A DNA stretch of 64,000 nucleotides from the human T2T-CHM13v2.0 reference genome, Homo sapiens, in NCBI RefSeq assembly GCF_009914755.1, contig NC_060937.1. One strand, 5' to 3'. Both the position numbers and the translations under genes were made by a program. This document shows, piece after piece, positions 1 to 11,520 of the stretch (within the stretch, counting starts at the first letter, position 1; every line of letters starts with the position of its first letter). Under the pieces are notes generated by a model. The model was not told where the DNA came from. It saw only the letters and a list, made by a program, of their open reading frames with translations, and did not search any database.

Positions 1-3000
1 GACTGGACTGGAGTGGAATGGAGTTGAGTAGAGTGGAAGGGACTGGAATGGAATGGGATGGAATGGAATGGAATGGAGTGGAGTGGAGTGGGGTGGAAAG
101 GAATGGGATGGAGTTGAGTGGAGTGGAGTGAAATGGAGTAGAATGGAAAGGAATGGAGTGGAGTGGAGTTGAATGGAATGGAATGGAATGAAATTGAATG
201 CAATAATGAAATGAAACGTGAGGTGTTATTGTGCTACCGCACTCCAGCCTTGGTGACAGAGTGAGATCTTCTTGAAAGAAAGGAATTGAATGGAATGGAG
301 TGGAATGGAATGGAATGGAATGCAGTGGATGGAGTGGAGTGGAATAGGGTGGAACGGAATGTGATGGAGTGGAATGGAATGGAGTGGAGTGGAGTGGAAT
401 TGAGTGGAATGGAAAGGGATGGAATGGAATGGAATGGGGAGGAGTGGAGTGGAAGGGAGTTGAGTGGAGTGGGGAGGAATGGAATGGAATGGAATGGAGT
501 GGAGTAGAGTGGCGTGGAGTGGAGTGGAGTAGAGTGGAGTATAGTGGAGTGGAGTGGAGTATAGTGGAGTGGAATGAAGTATAGTGGAATGGAGTGGAAT
601 GGAATGGAATGGAATTAAGTGGAGTGGAGTGCAGTGGAATGGAATGGAATGGAATGGAATGGAAAGGAATTGAAAGGAATGGAATGCAGTGGAGTGGAGT
701 GGAGTTCACAGAAGTGGAATAGAATTGAATGGAATGCAATGGAATGGAATGCAATGCAATGGAAAGGAATGGAATGCAATGGAATGGAATGCAATGGAAT
801 GCAAAGGAATGGATGGTGAAATTTAATGTGAGCTGAGATAGTGCCACTGCACTCCAGCCAGGGTGACACAGTGAGAGTCTGTCGACAGAAAGGAATGGAA
901 TGGAAAGCAGTGAAACGAATGGAATGGAATAGAATGGAGTGGAGGGGAGGGGAGTGGAGTGGAGTGTACTGGAGTGAAATGGAGTCGAATGGAATGGGAT
1001 GGAGTGAAATGGAATGGAGTGGAGTGGACTAGAGTGAAATAGAGTGGAAAGGAATTGGATGGAATGGAATGCAATGGAATAGTGAAAAGAAATTTGAGCT
1101 GAGACTGTGCCACTGCACTCCAGCCTTTGTGAAAGAGTGAGATCCTGTGGAAAGAAAGGAATGTGATGGAATGGAGTGGAATTGTATGGAATGGAATGGA
1201 GTGAAGTGGAGTGGAGTGGAGTCGAGTGCAATGGAGTGGAATGGAATGGGATGGAAAGGAATGGCATGGAGTGGAGTAGAGAGGAGTGGATTGGAGTGGA
1301 GTAGATTAGCATGGAGTGGAATGGAATGGGATGGAATTGAATGCCATGGAATGAGGTGGAGTGGAGTGGACTGGATGGAGTGGACTGGATTGGAGTGGAG
1401 TAGAGTGTAATGGAGTGGAGTGGAATGGAATGGAAAGGAATGGAATGCAGTGGAAAGCAATGGAATGGAATGCTATGGAATAGATTGGAATGGAGTGGTG
1501 AAATGAAATGTGAGCTGAATTTGTGCCAATGCCCGCCAGTCTGGTTGACAGGGTTACATGCTGTCAAAAGAAAGGAATGGAATGGAATGAATTGGAGTGG
1601 AGCTGAGTGGAGTGGAGTGGTGTGGAGTGGAATGGAGTGGAATGGAATGGGATGGAGTGGAATGGAATGGAGTGTATTAAGTGGAGTGGCATGGAGTGAA
1701 ATGCAGTGGAATGGAATGCGATGGAATGGGATGGAATGGAATGGAGTGGAGTGGAGTGGAATAGAGTGGAATAGAGTGGAATGGAGTGGAATGTAATGGA
1801 ATGGAATGGAGTGGATTGGAGTGCAGTGAAGTGGAGTGGAATGGAATGGAATGGAATAGTGAAATGAAATGTAAGGTGGGATTCTGCCACTGCACTCCAG
1901 ACTGGGTGACAGAGTGACATCCTGTCGAATGTGAGGAATGGAGCGGAATGGAGTGGAATGGAATGTAGTGGAGTGGAGTGGAATGGAACGGAGTGGAAAG
2001 GAATGGAACGGAATGGAGTGGAGCGGAGTGGAGAGGAGTGGAGTCGAATGGAATGGAATGGGATGGAATCGAATGGAATGAAGTGGAGGGGAGTGGAGTG
2101 GAGTGTTGTGGAGAGGAGTGGAGTGGTATGGAATTGGATGGAACTGAATGGAGTTCAGTGGAGTTGGGTGGAGAGGAATGGAGTACACTGGAGTGGAATT
2201 GAATGGAATGGAATGGAGTGGAGTTGAGTGAAGTGGAGTGGAGTGGAGTGGAATGCAATGTAGTAGAATGGAATTGAATGGAATGGAAAAGAATGGAATG
2301 GAATAGAATGGAATGATGAAATGAAATATGAGCTGAGATTGTGCCACTGCACTCCAGCAGGGTGACAGAGTGAAATCCTGTTGAAAGAAAGGAATGGAAT
2401 GGAAAGGACTGGAATGCAATGGAATGGAATAGAGTGGAGTGGAGTATACTGGAAGGGAGTGGAATGGAATGGGATGGAATGGAATGGAGAGGAATACACT
2501 GGAGTGTAGTGGAGTGGAATGGAATGGAATGGAATGGAATGGAATGGAATGGAATGGAATGGAATGCAGTGGAGTTTAGTTCACAAGAGCGGAATGGAAT
2601 GGGATGGAATGGAATGGAATGCAATGGAATGGAATAAAATGGAATGGAATAAAATGGAATGCAATGGAAGGGAATTGTGAAATTAAATGTTAGCTGAGAT
2701 AGTGCCACTGCACTCCAGCCTGTGTGACAGAGTGAGATCCTGTCGAAAGAAATTAATGGAATGTAAAGGTGTGAAGTATGATGGAATGGAAGGAAATGGA
2801 ATGGAGTGGAGTGTAGTGTAGTGGAATGGAGCGTAATGGAGTGGAATGGAATGGGATGGAGTGGAATGGAATGGAGTGGAATGGAGTGGATTGAATTGGA
2901 GTAGAGTGGAGTTGACTGGATTGAAGTGGAATGGAGTGGAGTGGAGTGGAATGGAATGGAATGGAATGGAATGGAATGGAATGGAGGGGAGTGGAGGGAG

Positions 3001-6000
3001 GTGGAGGGGAATGGAGTGGAGTGGAATGGAATGGTGAAATAAAATGTGAGCTGAGATTGTGCCACTGTGTTCCAGCCTTTTTTGACATAGTGAGATCCCA
3101 TCAAAAGAAAGGACTGGAATGGAATGGGGTGGAATGGAATGGAGAAGAATGGAACGGAGTGGAGTGGATTGGAGTGGAGTGCATTGGAGTGGAGTGGAGT
3201 CAAGTGAAATGGAGTGAAATGGAATGGAAGGAAATGGAATGGCATGTAGTGGAGTGGGGTGGAGTGAATTTGAGTAGAGTAGGGTGGAATGGAATGGAAT
3301 GGAGTGGAATGGAATGGGATGGAAGGGAATGGCATGGAGTGGAGTGGAATGGAGTGGATTAGAGTGGAGTAGAGTGGAATGGAAAGGAACGGAATTAAAT
3401 GGAATGGAATGCAATGGAATTGAATGGAATGCAATAGAATGGAATGGAATGCAATGGAATGGAATGGAATGGAATGGAATGGAATGGAATGCAATGGAAT
3501 GGAATGGAATGGAATGGAATGGAATGGAATGGAATGGAATGGAATGGAATGGTGAAATGAAATGTGAGCTCAGTTTGTGCCACTGCACGCCAGCCTGGGT
3601 GACAGAATGAGATCCTGTCGAAAGAAACGAATGGAATGGAATGGAGTGGAGTGTAGAGGTGTGGAGTGATGTGGAGTGGAATGGAGTGGAATGGAATGGG
3701 ATGGATTTGAATGGAAGGAGTGTAGTGGAGTGGATTGGAGTGGAGTGGAGTGGAATGGAATGGAATGGAGTGGAATGGAATGGAATTGAATGGAATGGAA
3801 TGGAATGTTGTGGAGTGTATTGGAATGGAGTGGAATGGAGTGAAATGGAGTGTAATGTAATGTAGTGGAATGGAGTGGAGTGGAGTGCAGTGGAGAAGGG
3901 TGTAGGGGAATGGAATGGAATAGTGAAATGAAATGTGAGCTGAGATACTCCCACTGCACTCCAGACTGTGTGACAGAATGAGATCCTGTCGAATGGAATT
4001 GAATAGAGTGGAATGAAATGGAGTGCAGTGGAGTGGAGCAGAGTGGAGTGGAGTGGAGTGGAATGGAATGGAATGGGATGGAATCAAATGGTATGAAGTG
4101 GAGGGGAATGGAGTTGAGTGGAGGGACGAGGAGTGGAATGGAATGGAATTGGATGGAATGGGATGGAGTGGAGTGGAGTGGGGTGGAGAGTAGTGGAGTA
4201 GAGTGGAATGGAATGGAATGCAATGGAATGGAGTGGAGTGGAGTAGAGTGGATTGGAGTGTAATGGAATAGAATGGAATGGATAGGAATGGAATGGTATA
4301 GAATGGAATGATGAAATGAAATATGAGCTGAGATTGTGCCACTGCACTCCAGCCTGGGTGACAGAGTGAGATCCTGTCAAAGGAAAGGAATGGAATGGAA
4401 AGGAGTGGAACGGAATGGAATGGAATGGATTGATTGGAGTGCAGTGGAGTAGAGGTGAGTGGAGTTCACAGTAGTGCAATGGAATGGAATGGAGTGGAGT
4501 CGAGTGCAGTGGAGTGGGTTGGAATGGAATGGAGTGGAATGGAATGGGATGGAATGGAATGGAGTGGAGTGGAGTGGAGTTCACAGGAGTGCAATGGAAT
4601 GGGATGGAATGGAATTGAATGGAATGGAATGGAATACAATGGAGTGGAATGCAATCGAATGGAATTGTGAAATTAAATGTGAGCTGAGATAGTGCCACTG
4701 CACTCCAGCCTGTGTGACAGAGTGAGATCCTGTTGAAAGAAATTAGTGGAATGTAAGAGAATAAATTATACTGGAATGGAATGGATTGGAGTGGAGTGGA
4801 GAGGAATGGAGCTTAATGGAGTGGAAGGGAATGGGAAGGAGTGGAATGGAATGGAGTGGAGTGGAGTGGAGTGGAGTGGAGAGAAATGAGGTAAAATGCA
4901 ATGGGATGGACTGGAATGGAGTGGAGTGGAGTGGAGTGAATTGGAATGGAGTGGATTTGACTGGATTGCAGTGGAATGAAGTGGAGTGGAATGGAATGGA
5001 ATGGAATGGAATGGAGGGGAGTGGAGTGGAGTTGAGGGGAATGGAGTGGAGTGGAATGGAGTGGAATGGAATGGAATGGAATGGTGAAATAAAATGTGAG
5101 CTGAGATTGTGCCACTGTGTTCCAGCCTTTTTTTGACACAGTGAGAGCCCGTCAAAGGAAAGGAATGGAATGGAATATGGTGGAATGGAATGGAGTGGAG
5201 TGGATTGGAGTGGAGTGGAGTGGAGTCAAGTGGAACAGAGTGGAATGGAATAGGATGGAATCGAATGGCATGTAGTGGAGTGGGATGGAGTGAATTTCAG
5301 TGGATTAGGGTGGAATGGAGTGGAATGGAATGGGATGGAAGGGAATGGCATGGAGTGTAGTGGAGTGGACTGGAGTGGGTTAGAATGGAATTGAATGGAA
5401 TGGTATGGAATGGAATGGAATGGAATGGAATGGAATGGAATGGAATGGTGAAATTGAATGTGAGCTGAGATAGTGCCACTCCACTCCAGCCTGGGTGACA
5501 GATTGAGATCCTGTCAAAAGAAAGGAATGGAATTGAATGGAGGGGAATGGAATGGGATGGAGTGGGGTGGAGTGGAGTGGAGTGGAGGGGACTGGATTTG
5601 AGTGGAGTCTAGTGGAACAGAGTGGAATGGAATGGGGTGGAGTGGAACGGAATGGAATGGAGAGGAGTGGTGTGGAGTGGAGTGGATTGGAATTCAATGG
5701 GATGGAATGGTATGGAGTGGAGTGGAATGGAGTGGAGTGGAATGGAATGGAATGGAATGGAATGGAATTGGAATGGAATGGAATGGAATGGAGAGGAGAG
5801 GAATGGAGTGGAATGTAGTGTAATTGGAAAGGATGGAATGGAATGGAATGCCATGGAATAGAATTAGGAATAGAATGGAATGATGTGGAATGGAATGGAG
5901 TAGAATTCAGTGGAGTGGAGTGGAGTGGAATGTAATGTAATGGAATGGGATGGGATGGAGTGGAATGGAATGGAGTGGAGTGGAGTGGAGTGGAGTGGAG

Positions 6001-6650
6001 TGGAGTGGAATGGAGTGGAATGCAATGGGATGTGATGGAATGGAGTGGGGTGGAGTTGAGTGGATTGAAATCGAATGGAATGGAGTGGAGAGGAGTGTAG
6101 TGGAATGGAATGGAATGGAATGGAATAGAAGGGAATAGAATGGTGAAATGAAATGTGAGCTGAGATTGTGCCACTGCACTCCATCCTGGGTGACAAGTGA
6201 GATTCTATCGAAAGAAAGGAATGGAACGGATTAGAGTGGAATGGAATGGAGTGGGGTAGAGTGGAGTGGAGTGTAGTGGAGTAGAGTGGAATAAAGAGGA
6301 ATGGAATGGGATGTAATGGAAAGGAATGCAGTGGAGTGGAGTAAAGTGGAGTGGAGCGGAGTGGAGTGGTGTGGAGTGGAGAGGAGTGGAATGGAATGGA
6401 ATGGAATGGAATGGAATGGAATGGCACGGTGAAATGAAATGTGGGCTGAGATTGTGCCACTTCACTACAGCCTGGGTGACGGAGTGAGTTCCTGAAGAAA
6501 TAAAATAATGTAATAGAATGGATTGGAATGAAATGGAATGGAGTGTAGTGGACTGGAGTAGAGTGGAATGGAGTGGAGTAGAGTGGAAGGGAATGGAATG
6601 AAATGAGATGGAATGGAATGGAATGGAATAGAATGGAGTGGAGTGGAGTG
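1..6650 (+). repeat. HSat3-like pentameric satellite, mixed (GGAAT)n/(GGAGT)n, continuing off the left edge
   Basis: Continuous GGAAT/GGAGT pentamers with the G-rich strand on +. Nearly pure GGAAT runs occur at ~2515-2565 and ~3455-3550. The array stops abruptly at 6650. Confidence 0.95.
218..6496 (+). repeat. 16 interspersed copies of a ~57-bp Alu 3'-terminal fragment embedded in the satellite
   Basis: Motif GTGAGCTGAGATTGTGCCACTGCACTCCAGCCTGGGTGACAGAGTGAGATCCTGTC starts at about 218, 828, 1094, 1510, 1871, 2328, 2689, 3046, 3564, 3935, 4323, 4679, 5096, 5460, 6155 and 6441. Each copy is preceded by a GTGAAATGAAAT-like linker and most are followed by GAAAGAAAGGAAT. Confidence 0.92.
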
Positions 6651-6992
6651 CAAAAATCCTCAATAAAATACTAGCAAGGCGAATCCAGCAGCAAATCAAA
6701 AAGCTTATCCACCATGATCAAATGTGTTTCATCCCTGGGATGCAAGGCTGGTACAACATACGCAAATCAGTAAACGTAATCCATCATATAAACAGAACCA
6801 ACGTCAAAAACCACGATTATCTCAATAGATGCAGAAAAGCCCTTTGACAAAATTCAACAACCTTCATGCTAAAAACTCTCAATAAATTAGATATTGATGG
6901 GACGTATCTCAAAATATTAAGAGCTATTTATGACAAACCCGCAGCCAATATCATACTGAATGGGCAAAACCTGAAAGCATTCCCTTTGAAAA
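6649..6992 (+). mobile_element. Internal L1PA ORF2 (RT region) fragment with no 5' end, 3' end or poly(A)
   Basis: Encodes [29 protein letters not shown] and [37 protein letters not shown]; homologous to 27158-27503 in this window. Confidence 0.93.
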
Positions 6993-7250
6993 TCTCAGTT
7001 ACCTTTCTTTTGGATATGTGTGTGAGGAAAGAGTACCTACAAACTACCCTTTTAGTTAAATGCCATATACAATAAATATTAATACCTACAGTCCTCATGT
7101 TGTACATTAGAGCCCTCAATTTGTTAATTCTACATATCTGCAACTTTGCATCCTTCGAATTCTCTATCTCCATTTTCTCTTCTCACCCCCAGCCCCTGGT
7201 AACCACTGTTTTATACTCTATCTCTGTATATTTACCTTTTTGCTGTTTTT
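6993..7250 (-). mobile_element. Old L1M (L1MA/L1MB-type) 3' UTR fragment
   Basis: Motifs CATGTTGTACATTAG and CCCCAGCCCCTGGTAACCACTGTTTTATACTCTATCTCTGTAT resemble antisense L1MA/MB 3' ends. Confidence 0.6.
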
Positions 7251-8587
7251 GTCCTGAGAAGTTTATTGGGACTTTCAGCTAGGAGATAATATGTTCTGAG
7301 TCTTGATTATCTCAAATTATATCAGGTAAGAAGTTTTACTTGTCTGGAGAGCAGAGAGCAAGTGCATAATTTTATGCAGAAGAGGGAATAAAGAGAATTC
7401 TCTAATTAAAATTTGAATCAGAAATATGGTTCATATTTTTATGTACAACAATCTCTAAGGCTTCCTGGAAAGGAACTAGCTGCCTGATTTTTTTTCATTT
7501 GAATCCTCTAATACATGAAGAGGATGATTCTACCATACCAATCACAAGAATGATATCTGTAGAATCAAAAGTTGAAATCCTATTATCCTAGAAGTTTTTT
7601 CAGAAAACTTGAACATGTATTGAAATGTCATGCTGGTCATATATGTTACAGCAATGAGGAATTTACTTATTATATACTTTAGCTTTTTAGCCCTTTCCCT
7701 GCCCACCAGAAATGTTTCTTTTGAATCCAATTTGGTCCTCAGAGTTTTAGAATGTTAAGGAATGTATAGGGGTATCTTTTTTCTTCTTTTTTTTTTTTGT
7801 CAAGCTATTGTATATTTTTACTTTACCTGTTTGGGTATGTAGTTACTATTTGTTTGGACTGTCATACTAGAAAAAAATTATAGTGAATTTTACATGTATG
7901 GAGTCTTCATTAATCTGTATAAACTGACAAGTTTAGAATATCAAAGTCAACACTGTAAAAAATAAAGTGATATTTTATCTGGTCTATCTCCTTGCAAATA
8001 AAAGAACAATAAATTCTGTACTATTATGAAATATAAGAGCTTGAAAATTTTTCAAGTGTCTTGTATAGAATGGCCTTCGAATTCAAGGTATAAACTACAA
8101 CAAAACACTTTCGAGGTCTAGTTTGATTGAAGAGTGCATTCTTACTTATTTATATATTCTCTGCAATTTCTGATTCAAGATAGTCCACAATTCTAAAGGA
8201 AAACCAAAATAGAATAATAATTACAAAACAAAATAAAAAGTAATTGAGGAAGACAATTGAGCAACTTATTCTTGACAACTAGCTTTTTAACAAACAGAAA
8301 AGTGCACTAAAAATACTGCCTAGTTGTTTAAAGTAGGCTGAGATCTGACTGTATCCCCTGAGTGTCATAAAGAAAAAACTACCTTTGAGGGAGCACAGTG
8401 ATTAAATTTAAAAGATTTATTGTTTAACCTCAGGAAGACTTTCAATAACTTTTTATAAATTGTATACAGTTAATGGAAGACATGCTAGGCTTCTTGTAAG
8501 AATTTGTTCCAGATCACTGTGTATAATTAATGGCTTGTCTACATATTTTTTCAATAAAACTGTTCATGAAGAATTTTAAGTATGCAC

Positions 8588-8733
8588 TTTCAGTACCAGA
8601 ATGAATATATCTTTGTGAAGATACCATTTATGTACCATAACATCCAAAGCATAATGAGGAGATTTTGATACACTGCAGATTTAGAACTGAGTTGGAAAAC
8701 AAAACTTCAACATACTGTCTTGTCAGCACAAAG
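8588..8733 (+). repeat. ~146-bp direct repeat, copy 1 (copy 2 at 9333-9478)
   Basis: Manual alignment gives about 10 differences over ~146 bp (TTTCAGTACCAGAATGAAT...TGTCTTGTCAGCACAAAG). Confidence 0.92.
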
Positions 8734-9184
8734 CAAATAAATTCATCACTGTCAGTTGAGATTTAAATTCACAAACTTATAAGCAATAAAATCAAAGTAA
8801 TTTTGTTATAAGTTTTTTGACACCAGATTATATGGGGTAAATAATTTACTTTCTAATCAAGCAATTGATACATATAAACCTGAAATAGAGAGTTTTGCCT
8901 TTTAATTAGATACATTGTTACGCAAAGAGTGGTTGAAGCTGCAGTTGAGAATTATCTTTTTCTCTTTTTGCTGTTCTTACAAGGACAGTTTCTAGAATTC
9001 TTTTCAAAACAATAGAACAGAAAATTTCACTTACTCACTTAATTTAACTTTTGTTAAAGTACTTTGCCAAAATTAGCAAACTATGAAAGGAAAGTTTGCC
9101 TTTTCAATATATATGTAAGTGGCAAGTAAAAGTTGTTCTTAAATCACGTGATCTCATAGAAATAACATGGGATAAAAAGAGTTC

Positions 9185-9892
9185 TGAAGGTGTTCAGGAA
9201 ATGCCAGTCCTAAATGTATTGCTTTGATGTACTGATTACATTGAACTGAAAATATTTGAAAAATAACAACTGTGGGACATGCTTTCTCTGCACTCCCTTT
9301 ACGTTCCTCAAGAGAGATCCTCCAAAAGGAATTTTCAATACCAGAATGAATGTATCTTTGTAAAGATACCATTTATCTACCATAACATCCAAAGCATGAT
9401 GAGGAGATTTTTATACACTGCAGATTTAGAACTGAATTGGAAAACAAAGCTTCAAGATACTGTCTTGTCAGCACAAAGACATTCATCTCCTTCCTAGGAG
9501 TTTCATCAGCCAGGGAAAATTGACTCCTCATATCACAGGAGACAAGACTAAGAGTCCATTCCACACCAAGGCAGACTGCCACAAACTATCATCTATGCTC
9601 CTAGGGGTCTGGTCATCTTTCCCAAAAGTCATTTGCTCTCCCTTAAGTTTCCTACATTCTTCCTCCTGCCTTCCCTACAAGCTCCTAAATCTCACTGGGT
9701 TTTTTTCTTGGTGGTGTTTTGTTTGTTTTGTTTTGTTTTGTTTTTGATTCCACGTTTCTTTCCTGTGATTCCCCCATGCGTGTAATAAATGTGTACACAT
9801 TTTCTTCTTTTGACATGCCTGTTATCCATTTATTCAATAGACTCAGTTATCATACCTTCAGAGGGTAGAGGGAAAGGTCTCCAAGTCCTACA
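9185..9892 (+). mobile_element. ERV1-class solo LTR (MER34/MER39-like) interrupted by a 146-bp insert
   Basis: TG...CA termini (TGAAGGTGTTCAGG...GTCCTACA), a 4-bp TSD GTTC on both sides (9181-9184, 9893-9896), and AATAAA near 9784. Confidence 0.75.
9333..9478 (+). repeat. ~146-bp direct repeat, copy 2, inside the solo LTR
   Basis: About 93% identical to 8588-8733 by manual count. Confidence 0.92.
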
Positions 9893-11520
9893 GTTCCAAA
9901 AGAAAATAGCTAGTAATGCAAATGCAAAAGTCATATAAACTTTGAGACAAAGTTAGCGTCTTATATGGTACGTTCAGAAAGAAGAGGTGTGTTGCACACC
10001 AAGGGACATTTTCCTGGTCTTAGCTACTAAGTTTCTCTGAGAAGAAGCAGTCACTACTACAGCAGTTAAACACCTGACTCCCAAATTATAAAAGCCTAAG
10101 TGTTCAGATTAAATCATGAGTTGTCACCTGTGAATCATAAAGTCTGAACTCTTTAAATTGCAAACACACATAGAAAAACGATTCTTACACAGGGATCCAT
10201 GAGTGGAACTGCAAAGTTTTGTCAAAATCTATATATATGTTTTCTTTTTAAGGGTCATAGATTTCAATATATGTTAAAAGATATCTGGGGCTAGTAAAGA
10301 TTAATAACCATTTTCAGTTTTGTGCTGAAATTGGCAAATCATGGCTTTTCTCCCTCCAACACACCCCCTCCCGCCTCAGCACACCACTGGTTAATCTTTA
10401 TTTTCAGGAGAGAAAAAGATGTTTCATATTAATAAAGGTAAATTATACACTTGTTTGTTTTATACTTTTCCACCTCTTAAGCTTAATCGTGTTTTAATAA
10501 TGTATAATTGAATACATTAACATTTAGATGTTAGTAAATGAATAACAAATGTTCATTATTTCTCTTGAGTAGAGGAATAAAAATTTTGCACCTGTTGTAT
10601 AGAATGATTTTTAAAATCTCATTCAATCCTTCAGAAGTTTAAGATTTTTTTTCAAGAATTTTTATATAAAATTTTTACTCAGAAGCAGATAGCTCACAAA
10701 AAGTATGGGGGTTTTTTGGATTATAAATAAACTATTCCACTCACCAAGATGCTGAGACATCCTACTTTCTGGTATTTTGAAATAAAAACAAAACACAAGA
10801 ATGTGACGATGAAGCAAGTGAAAATTAAAAGGGTACAGACTTTAGAAGTATCATAAGCTAAAAATAAAATGAAACAAACCTGTAAAGGAACCAAAAGCCC
10901 AGGTAGATATAATACAGTAAATTATGAGAAGCTAAAAAAAATGAGGAGGTGATAAACAATAAAGTGAAAATCTCTGATAAAGCCAAAACTACTTGAATGG
11001 CAGTCAACAAAACAGAAGAAAAAAATGACACTCATAACAAGGCAGAACTATGGAAATGCATCCCTGGGGGTAAGATAATAGAGTTGCGAATTAGTGGAGG
11101 TGGATCACAAATACTGGCCAAATAAAGCCCGCTAACATAATTCAAAGGACAGAGAAATTCTGTAGCTGAAGATAAAAAGTCTGAAATACATTATGGTATA
11201 GTCAAATGAGTGTCATTTCTAATAGACACACTTATTTTTCAAGAGTTGATAATATGAAGTAAAAATTTAGTATGCAAAGTTCAAATTTTCCATTTGTTGA
11301 GTAATTCATTTTTATTAAATATTTTCCAACAATTAAACTAAAGTGGTACCAGAACAGAGTAGACATTCTGAGTTTTCACTTTACAAAAGCTACACATAAA
11401 TCTACGTACTTCTTAAGGGTATAAACAAAGTCAGAGCCTGTGTGATATTTCAATAAACAATTGGAGAAAATTTTTTTAAGAATAGATTATATACATATTG
11501 ACCTCTTTGAGAACCTTATT

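Noticed and set aside
218-6496. 7SL/SRP RNA or Alu Pol III genes in the satellite
   Set aside because: Only the 3' ~57 nt of Alu is present, with no A/B boxes, so these are not transcription units.
206-6500. CRISPR-like repeat/spacer appearance
   Set aside because: The repeats are Alu-derived and too long, the spacers are related satellite rather than unique sequence, no cas genes are present and the context is primate.
1-6650. Dozens of long ORFs (MEWNG.../HSIPF..., up to 605 aa)
   Set aside because: They are translations of pentamer repeats that lack stop codons; low complexity and no coding evidence.
7279-7325. Possible 47-bp plus-strand exon (TTTCAG|...CAG|GTAAGA)
   Set aside because: Isolated splice-like signals with no partner exons or recognisable coding content; expected by chance in 64 kb.
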